From assembly GCA_963775855.1 (NCBI GenBank), contig CAVZKO010000007.1, positions 481,856-545,855 on the forward strand: a stretch of DNA of 64,000 nucleotides, read 5' to 3'. The notes under the pieces were generated by a model, which had not been told where the DNA came from, ran no database searches, and was given only the letters and a program-made list of their open reading frames with translations. How positions within the stretch are numbered: the stretch's first letter is position 1; every line of letters begins with the position of its first letter. This DNA comes from an uncultured Chloroflexia bacterium. Its GTDB lineage: Bacteria; Chloroflexota; Limnocylindria; Limnocylindrales; CSP1-4. Both the position numbers and the translations under genes were made by a program. Shown here in pieces: positions 55,597 to 64,000 of this stretch.

Positions 55597-56870
55597 ATGC
55601 CGGAGCACGATTCCCAGCCCTTGAACGAGGCCGCGCTCGACCGACCGACCGGCTTCTCGACGCGGGCCATCCGGGCGGCCCACCGCGCGCCGACCGTCGA
55701 CCAGCGCCCGACCTCGGTGCCGATCTACCAGACGGTCACGTTCTCGAGCGACGACGCCGACGGGCTGGGCGCCGTCCTGACCGATCAGCAACCGGGCTAC
55801 GCCTACAGCCGGATCGACAACCCGACGGTCGCCGCGCTCGCGGCCGCGGTCGCGGAGCTCGAAGGTGGCGATGCTGGCTACGCGCTTGCGTCGGGGATGG
55901 CGGCGATCCACGCGGCCGTGGTTTCGCTTGTATCGGCTGGCGATCGGATCGTGGCCACGCGCGCCTCGTATGGGACGACGCGGGCACTGTTCAGTGACGT
56001 CCTGGGGCGCCTCGGGGTGACGACGGCTTATGTCGACATGAGCGACGCGGACGCGGTCGAGGCGGCGCTCGCCGGGGCCCCGACCCGGATCTTTACGCCG
56101 AGACGATCGCCAACCCGACGATCGTCGTGGCCGACCATCGCGCCCTCGCCGAGATCGCCCATCGCCACGGCGCCACCTACGTCGTCGACAACACGTTCGC
56201 GTCGCCGTATCTCTGCCGGCCCCTCGAACTGGGAGCCGACCTCGTCATCGAATCGGCGACGAAGTACCTGTCCGGCCACAGCGATGTCCTGGCCGGCGTC
56301 GTGTGCGGTCGGAGCGATCTGATCGACGCGATCCGCACGCTCCAGGTGGACACGGGCGCGTCGCTCGCACCGAACTCGGCGTTCCTCGTCCTGCGCGGCA
56401 TCTCGACGCTGGCGATCCGAATGGAACGACACACGGCGACCGCAGCGGCACTGGCCTCGTGGCTCGAGCGTCAGGATGCCGTGTCGCGCGTCTACCACCC
56501 CTCGCTCGCCAGCCACCCCCAGCGCGAGGTGGCAATGCGGCAGCTTTCCCTCGGCGGCGGGATGCTCGCGTTCGAGCTCGCCGGCGGCCGTGCGGCCGGT
56601 CGGGCGTTCATCGATGCGCTGGCGATCCCGGAGCTGACGGCCTCGCTCGGCAGCGTCTTCACGATGGTCGTCCACCCACCGTCGACGACGCATCGCCAGC
56701 TCGACGATGCCGCCCTCGCGAACGCCGGGATCAGCGCGGGCCTCCTCCGATGCTCCGTCGGGCTCGAGGATCTCGACGATCTCGTCGCCGATTTCGAGCG
56801 AGGTCTCGCCGCAGCCTCGGCGGTGGCCGGACCCGCGGCAGCGACCGCCGCCACATCAACGTCTGTCTAG
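55597..56870 (+). CDS. PLP-dependent Cys/Met-metabolism enzyme (O-acetylhomoserine sulfhydrylase / cystathionine gamma-synthase/lyase family); one-base frame break near 56091-56094
   Basis: ATG 55597. STRAIRAAH..., VPIYQTVTF, YSRIDNPTV and ...LAGAPTRI are in one frame. YAETIANPTIVVADHRALAEIAHRHGATYVVDNTFASPYL...IESATKYLSGHSD (PLP lysine)...HPPSTTH...LRCSVGLED is in the next. One added base restores ...TRILYAETIANP. Confidence 0.8.
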
Positions 56871-56874
56871 GAGC

Positions 56875-58324
56875 CTTCCGATCGCCAGTCCGGTCGTCAC
56901 CTGGGCCGCCAACGCGCGGTCCGCGCAGCCGGACCCGCTTGCCCGGCTTGGGCGGGCAGTCTGGCGCCTGCTGACGTCGGTCAACTTCGCGGTCACCCAG
57001 ATCATCGTCCTGTCCCTGCTCGCGGTTGTCGGGATGACGATCCGCCAGCTGCCCGGCTTCGCGTTTCGCTCCGCCTCCGACTACGCAGGCGCGATGGCCG
57101 ACATCCACGACCGATACGACGCGGATCTTCGGTGCGGGCGTTGTCGATGCCCTCGAACAGCTCCAGGTCTTCCAGATCTTCACCTCGACCTGGTTCACCA
57201 TCGGGCTCTTCGTGCTCGTGATCTCGATCGTGGTCTGTACGCTCGACCGGACCCCGAGGCTTTGGCGCCAATCGGTCGACATCAGGGTCGTCCAGCCGGA
57301 CCCGTTCTTCCTGCCGACCCTCCCGGACCGGGCGGCGATGACGGGCGTCGGCGTGGACACGGTGCGATCGACGCTCCGCCGGCATCGCTTCAAGGTCAGG
57401 GAGGAAGAGGTCGACGGAGTTCGCTACCTTTACGGCGATCGTCACCAGTACACGAAAGTCGCGACGCTGCTGACCCACCTCGGGCTGATCCTGTTCCTCG
57501 TCGCCGCCGTCGTGACGTCGGTCTTCGGCGACGAGCAGGGACTCATCGTGACCGAAGGCGACTCGCTCACCGTTCAGCCGATCGGGACGCCGGGCCTGCT
57601 TCTCGTCAAGAACCTCGGCTTCGAGGCTCCCGGGTTCGCCGAGACCGGCCAGGCGAAGGACTTCACGACCGAGCTGGCCGTGTACCAGGACGGCCGTGAG
57701 ATCGCCCACAAGACCATCCGCGTCAACGACCCGCTCGCGGTCGCCGGGTACACGTTCCACCAGAACGGATTCGGGCCGGCGATCGACCTCCTCATCAGCG
57801 ACTCCAACGGGCGGCCGCTCTGGGACGGCCCGGTCCCGCTCGACGACGAGGCCGCCGGGTCGCCGTACGGAACACTGTCGGTGCCCGGCCGCGATGTCGG
57901 CCTGCGGCTTCTTCTTCGGCGCCAGGCCGACAACACGGGGATCGTCGTCATCGCGCCGTACCGTGTCACCGGGGAGGAGCCTGACGGGACGCCGATGATC
58001 GAGGACCTCTTCCCGCTGGCCCTCGCCGCCCGAGAGGCGGCCCCAGCTCAGGGCACGGACTTCAGTGTCGGCGTGCTGGGGTTCGGCGAGTACACGCTGC
58101 TGATCGCCAAGAAGGACCCGGGGCAGGGAATCATCTGGACCGCCTTCGCCTCGCTCATCACCGGGATCGCGATCACGTTCTACCTGCCGCGCCGGCGGAT
58201 CTGGGCACGGTTGTCGCCTGCGGGCGACCTGGCGATCGTCGCCCGGTCCGAGCGCTACGTCGACGTCGAGCGCGAGTTCGGGCGATTGCTCGACGATCTG
58301 GTGGCCGCGCGCAAACCGGCCTGA
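56875..58324 (+). CDS. resB: Cytochrome c biogenesis protein ResB/Ccs1; start codon unresolved and apparent frame change near 57121-57125
   Basis: LGRAVWRLLTSVNFAVTQIIVLSLLAVVGMTIRQLP...HDRYD is in one frame. IFGAGVVDALEQLQVFQIFTSTWFTIGLFVLVISIVVCTLDRTPRLW...VNDPLAVAGYTFHQNGFG...YTLLIAKKDPGQGIIWTAFASLITGIAITFYLPRRRIW is in the next. There is no ATG/GTG/TTG in the first frame between the upstream stop (56870) and the conserved WRLL segment. Confidence 0.7.
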
Positions 58325-58443
58325 ATGGAACGCGACCTGTACTGAACCGCAACCGACCCCAGTGATAGGCTCCTCCAAGGCGGCTGAGGGCCGCTCAACT
58401 TGCGCGCGATGGAGGACTCAGATCGCATGACCGCAGGCGACTC

Positions 58444-60588
<2,145 letters not shown>

Positions 60589-60798
60589 AGGCTGCCCTGA
60601 TCCTTCGTCGAACGCGTCACACGCCTTCGCCGTCTTGATCGCGGCTGCCTCGACGGCGCCGACAGGGCATGCAGCTCAGCGGTCCGGTCGAAGAATCGCT
60701 CGTCGGGATGGACGCGGCAACGCCGTCCCGGCCGTCCGCTGGGCGGTCAGAATGACGCGAACGCTCATCCGCCATCGCAAGGGAGGCCTCGCGCGGCC

Positions 60799-60993
60799 AT
60801 GAATCCGATGCAGTTCGCCGGTACGGGCATCGTTGTCCTTGGATTGGTCATCTGGATCGTTTGCGCGGTCCTGGCATACCGGCGCGCACCGTCACTGGGC
60901 CGTCGGGCCTGGGTCTGGGGAGCCGCGGGGGTAATCGGAGGCCCGTTTGCCCTGTTCGCCCTGGTCCTGTTGCCGCGGCCGCGAGGACGCTAG
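60799..60993 (+). CDS. Small two-TM membrane protein (64 aa)
   Basis: ATG 60799 lies 12 nt after AAGGGAGG. Two hydrophobic helices (GTGIVVLGLVIWIVCAVLAY, VWGAAGVIGGPFALFALVLL). No family recognised. Confidence 0.45.
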   Translation: MNPMQFAGTGIVVLGLVIWIVCAVLAYRRAPSLGRRAWVWGAAGVIGGPFALFALVLLPRPRGR

Positions 60994-61073
60994 CCCGTCT
61001 CCCGGCGGGCACCCTCCAGTACGACCTGAAGAATCACATCATCGGGCAGGACGGCGCTTCGTCGCCACGGTCG

Positions 61074-62298
61074 ATGCCGCACGATGCGCCGATGCCGACC
61101 GACATCCATCGCAACCGGACGCTCTGGCTGCTGTCGATCGCCCATGCGGTGAACCACGCCCAGGCGGTGCTGCTGCCACTCGTCTACATCCGGATCATCG
61201 CGGAGTTCGGGGTCACCGCCGACGTCATCGCGCTGCTCGCGGCCATAGGGAGCGTTGCCTCGGGGGCGGTCCAGCTGAGCTACGCGAAGTTGACCCGGAT
61301 GATCTCGCGACGGAAGCTCCTTGCCGCCGGCGGGGTCCTGTTCGGCGGCGGCTTCGCGGCCCAGGCCGCTGCCCCCTCGTTCGCGGCGTTTGCCGTCGTC
61401 AACGTCGCGTCGCGGATCGGCGGATCGCCGCAGCACCCGGTCGGCAACGGGCTGCTCGCCGAGCAGTTCCCGGAGCACCGCCGGGGCTTCGCGATCAGCG
61501 CCCACATCTCCGGCGGCAACGTCGGGACGGTCGCTCGTCGCGCTGCTCGGGGCGCCGCTCATCGCGAACCTCGGCTGGCGCGAGACCGTTGTCCTGTTCG
61601 GGATTCCGGCGATCGTCATCGCCCTCGGGATCCTCCTGTTTGTCCGGGAGAGCGGCCACGACCAGGCCGCGGCCGTCGCCCACGGCAGCGTCCGCAAGGC
61701 GTTCGGGACGATCCTCCGCGATCCCGACCACCGCTGGATTTACCTGACGTCGGTGCTCGGCGGTGGCGGGCGCGGGCTCGGGGTCGTCAACCTCTTCGCA
61801 TTGCTGTACCTCACGCGAGTCCTCGGCCTTCCGCCCGCCACGACCGACGTGATGTACGGCGGGCTCATCGTCCTCTCGGTCCCGATGCCGCTCCTCGCCG
61901 GCTGGCTGTCCGATCGAATTGGGCGGAAGCCCGTCATCATCGGCGCGTACATCGGTGGCGCGGTCGGGTTCGTCATGTTCCTGCTCGTCGGATCCAGCGT
62001 CGCGGGACTGTGGGCCGGCATCGTCGTCATGGGCCTGTTTAGCTTCGCCGAGAGCCCGCAGCTCCAGGCGCTGCTCGCCGACATCGCCCCGCCGACGATC
62101 CGCGACGCGTCGTTCGCCCTGTACTTCACGCTGGCGTTCGGCGTCGGGTCGCTCTGGACGGCCGTGTACGGCTTGATCATCGGTGCCGCCGGGGAGAGCC
62201 TCGGACTGCCGATCGTCTTCGGGTTGATGGCTGTGTCGTTCGTCGCAGCGGCCCTGACGGTCTTGCCGGTCCGGGCAGGGCGGCGACACCCGGTTTAA
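61074..62298 (+). CDS. MFS transporter; apparent frame change near 61530-61534
   Basis: ATG 61074 (or 61092). TM1-6 (LWLLSIAHAVNHAQAVLLPLVY...GLLAEQFPEHRRGFAISAHISGGNVGTV) are in one frame. LVALLGAPLIANLGWRETVVLFGIP... and TM7-12, including GWLSDRIGRKPVI, are in the next frame, running to TAA 62296-62298. Confidence 0.75.
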
Positions 62299-62314
62299 CC
62301 GATCGCGGATGCCA

Positions 62315-62584
62315 TCAGTGGCCAGTGATCCTGCGCTGCGGCCGAGTCGGTGGCACGGCCCCCCCAGGGGACATCGGACGGGCGGACCCCGCGCTTCTCG
62401 GCGTCGCAGTCGGCGGAACGTGCCAGGCGACCTCGTCGTCCTCCTGGACTCCGAGCGGCCACGGCAGCATCCTCCGCCAAAAGTCCTCGTGGCCCTGTTC
62501 GCCGAGAGGCCAGAGCGAGGTGGGGTCGACCCCGACCAGTCGGGCCGCGAGCAGCGCAAACGCGGTCAGGCCCACCACGATCAC
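62315..62584 (-). CDS. Small membrane-anchored hypothetical protein, copy 1 of a duplicated ORF
   Basis: The minus frame is open from TAG (62624-62626) to TGA (62315). It has an N-terminal hydrophobic helix (EVLLLAVIVVGLTAFALLAARLV), then LWP...FWRRMLPWPLGVQEDDEVAWHVP. The paralog at 62816-63061 differs by substitutions and only by in-frame indels, which argues for coding. The start (CTG 62599, GTG 62584 or GTG 62578) is unresolved. Confidence 0.4.
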   Translation of the reverse strand: MIVVGLTAFALLAARLVGVDPTSLWPLGEQGHEDFWRRMLPWPLGVQEDDEVAWHVPPTATPRSAGSARPMSPGGAVPPTRPQRRITGH

Positions 62585-62646
62585 CGCGAGCAGCAGGACC
62601 TCGGCCGTTGTTCGACTCCCAAGACGAGTGGCGGAATCCTACACCT
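62315..62646. repeat. Diverged direct repeat, copy 1 (small ORF plus conserved upstream leader)
   Basis: Aligns with 62816-63129 at an offset of about 501 nt. The most conserved blocks are ACGTGCCAGGCGA..TCGTCGTCCTCCTGGAC, GCGAGCAGCGCAAAC.CGGTCAG.CCCACCACGAT.ACCGC and GTTGTTCGACTCC....GAGTG.CGGAATCCTACACCT. Confidence 0.85.
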
Positions 62647-62692
62647 CGACCTCGCCGACCAACGTCCCTCGCGGGGCCTGACCGATCGCGGG

Positions 62693-62701
62693 TGCTATCA
62701 T
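62693..62701 (+). promoter_or_regulatory. Possible extended -10 promoter element for tRNA-Pro(CGG)
   Basis: TGCTATCAT (TGn plus a TATAAT-like hexamer) ends 26 nt upstream of the tRNA 5' end. There is no convincing -35. This is a pattern match only. Confidence 0.25.
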
Positions 62702-62727
62702 GCGCGGGCCCTCAGCGGGCATCCGGT

Positions 62728-62804
62728 CGGGGCGTGGCGCAGCTTGGTAGCGCGTATCGTTCGGGACGATAAGGTCGTGGGTTCAAATCCCGCCGCCCCG
62801 ACCA
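62728..62804 (+). tRNA. tRNA-Pro (anticodon CGG), CCA encoded
   Basis: Hand-folded cloverleaf:
- acceptor CGGGGCG/CGCCCCG
- D stem GCGC/GCGC
- anticodon stem TATCG/CGATA with loop TTCGGGA
- T arm GTGGG-TTCAAAT-CCCGC
- discriminator A plus CCA. Confidence 0.95.
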
Positions 62805-62815
62805 TCCTCCTCTCC

Positions 62816-63061
62816 TCAGCGGCCTCCGATCCGGCGCTGCGGCGTCGTCGGCGGGACGGGCCGCCCGAGCGACACAGGACGGGCACCTAGCGCGGGGTTC
62901 GGCAGCACCGCCGACGGGACGTGCCAGGCGATCGTGTCGTCCTCCTGGACGCCGCGCGGCCACGGCAGGGTCGTCCGCCAGAAGTCGTCCCTGGGCCAGA
63001 GGTTCCCGTCGGACTGGACGAACTTGGCGGCGAGCAGCGCAAACCCGGTCAGCCCCACCAC
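62816..63061 (-). CDS. Small membrane-anchored hypothetical protein, copy 2 of a duplicated ORF
   Basis: Paralog of 62315-62584: (E)ILTLAVIVVGLTGFALLAAKFV...LWPRDDFWRTTLPWPRGVQEDDTIAWHVP. The stop TGA at 62816 lies 12 nt from the tRNA 3' end, in convergent orientation. The start is unresolved, as for copy 1. Confidence 0.4.
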   Translation of the reverse strand: MVGLTGFALLAAKFVQSDGNLWPRDDFWRTTLPWPRGVQEDDTIAWHVPSAVLPNPALGARPVSLGRPVPPTTPQRRIGGR

Positions 63062-63129
63062 GATTACCGCAAGCGTCAGGATTTCGCCCGTTGTTCGACT
63101 CCTGAGGCGAGTGACGGAATCCTACACCT
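62816..63129. repeat. Diverged direct repeat, copy 2
   Basis: See copy 1. Both copies end in the same GGAATCCTACACCT block, and together they bracket the tRNA-Pro(CGG) gene. Confidence 0.85.
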
Positions 63130-63140
63130 ACCCTACCCGG

Positions 63141-63500
63141 CTACTTCTTCGACGGCAGGCTCGCCGCATGGGCCAGGCCGCGCTCGACCCAGCGGGCGAT
63201 TGCGGCGTCATCGGCAACATCTGCTGCCGGGACCACCACGAACGCCTTCATCGGCTTGCCCGGCATCGGCTCGAAGCTGCCTGCGCCGGCGGCCTTGGCT
63301 TCGGCGATCTCGGCGTCGGGCAGGCGGACCACCCAGTGCTCGGCGAACAGTCCGGTCGCCATGTTGCCGCCGACGAAGGCGGCCGGGTAGCCGAACATCT
63401 TCTTCCGCTGGGCGTCGGGGTAGCGATCCATCACCGCGGCGAACCGCTCGACGAGCTCCGGCGGTGACTTCGAGAACGACGGCATCGCGGCCTTCGGCAT
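63141..63500 (-). CDS. TfoX N-terminal domain-like protein
   Basis: ATG at 63500, 119 codons. RKKMFGYPAAFVGGNMATGLFAEHWVVRL and PMKAFVVVP resemble the TfoX_N fold family as I remember it. Confidence 0.6.
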   Translation of the reverse strand: MPKAAMPSFSKSPPELVERFAAVMDRYPDAQRKKMFGYPAAFVGGNMATGLFAEHWVVRLPDAEIAEAKAAGAGSFEPMPGKPMKAFVVVPAADVADDAAIARWVERGLAHAASLPSKK

Positions 63501-63539
63501 GGCGCTCCTCCTTCGCGTCGGCTCTGCATCCTAACCAGG

Positions 63540-64000
63540 TCAGTCGTGGACCGGGAACTCGGCGGCGAGGCCATTCTCGAGCCAGACGAGCGCCTGCTCG
63601 GCGAAATGCGGCCCCGCTTCGGCCATGTCCCAGCAGTCGTCTTCGGCGATGCCGGCCACAATCCGCCGGTAGCTTTCGACCTGGTGGAGGGCACCGAGAG
63701 GAAGCGCAAGCCGGACCGCCTCTTCGAACGCGCCGGGCTCCAGGACGTCCGACCATGCAGCGACGTAGGCATCGACGCAGGCCCGCCGCGTCGCAACGTC
63801 AGCCGTCCGCCCGACGTAGGTAACGAGGTCGAGGAACGGATGGCCGATACAGCTGTCGGACCAGTCGAACACGATCGAGCGGCCGTCGATGTCGGCGACA
63901 TTCCAGGGATGGAGGTCTCCGTGGACGATGGCTTCCGGCGGACCGATCGCGCTGAGCCGCTCGCACGCTTCGACGAGTCGGGGGATCGCCGCCTCGAGCT
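63540..64000 (-). CDS. Aminoglycoside/choline-kinase-like phosphotransferase (APH family), C-terminal part; 5' end beyond the window
   Basis: The minus frame is open from the window edge to the stop at 63540. It has IVHGDLHPWNV (the HGDxxxxN catalytic loop) and VFDWSDSCIGHPFLDL (the metal-binding D), followed by the helical C-lobe. Confidence 0.75.
   Translation of the reverse strand, partial: LEAAIPRLVEACERLSAIGPPEAIVHGDLHPWNVADIDGRSIVFDWSDSCIGHPFLDLVTYVGRTADVATRRACVDAYVAAWSDVLEPGAFEEAVRLALPLGALHQVESYRRIVAGIAEDDCWDMAEAGPHFAEQALVWLENGLAAEFPVHD

Noticed and set aside
56707-56874. ATG 56707 as the resB start
   Set aside because: It would overlap the preceding PLP-enzyme gene by more than 160 nt and add a Pro/Ser/Arg-rich non-homologous extension. 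The start is left unresolved.
58325-58443. Glutamine-type riboswitch or other known leader RNA upstream of glnN
   Set aside because: I could not recognise the conserved core of the glutamine riboswitch or any other riboswitch by eye. Only the uORF geometry is reported, and a covariance-model scan would be needed to exclude one.
62309-62890. 193-aa plus-strand ORF spanning the repeat copies and the tRNA
   Set aside because: It runs straight through the tRNA-Pro gene, and its translation is Arg/Pro-rich. Conservation between the repeat copies preserves the minus-strand frame instead.

Overview
Very GC-rich bacterial chromosomal segment. Codon position 3 is almost always G/C, so long Arg/Pro-rich shadow ORFs appear on both strands and were ignored. 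Gene content fits a monoderm-type high-GC lineage (Actinomycetota- or Chloroflexota-like); I cannot place it more precisely.

Gene order, left to right:
- 3' part of a UPF0182 gene, a membrane protein, two zinc-ribbon membrane proteins and a CPBP protease.
- radC, a small opposite-strand ORF, then mreB-mreC with no mreD.
- A roughly 30 kb cell-envelope glycopolymer locus (8.9-39.5 kb). It holds rmlA-B-D-C; a secreted protein with a caspase-fold-like His/Cys pattern; a 1093-aa secreted GH18 multidomain protein ending in three 127-aa repeats; and a Ppm1-like GT2.
- The same locus also holds a complete WbpD/E/B/A/I-like five-gene set, at least eight GT4/GT1-type glycosyltransferase genes, two nucleotide-sugar dehydrogenases and an opposite-strand Wzm/Wzt ABC exporter.
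- Housekeeping genes follow: a double-parvulin PPIase, mazG, rph, rdgB and a LOG-family gene.
- Then an LCP ligase, a lipoprotein, an ECF sigma/anti-sigma pair, a nucleotidyltransferase and tRNA-Pro(TGG).
- Then membrane and secreted proteins, an LLM oxidoreductase, an Lrp regulator, a GGDEF protein, a PLP Cys/Met enzyme, resB, type III glutamine synthetase and an MFS transporter.
- Finally tRNA-Pro(CGG) flanked by a duplicated small ORF, a TfoX-like gene and a 5'-truncated phosphotransferase gene.

I saw no rRNA, CRISPR array, transposase, integrase or phage genes.

The main caveat is that at least 13 genes, including housekeeping ones, give a full-length homologue only if the reading frame is changed. 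Two glycosyltransferase regions need five or more changes each. This means either indel errors or strain-mixed assembly, or real gene decay. All product calls come from reading the translations by eye; no database search was possible.
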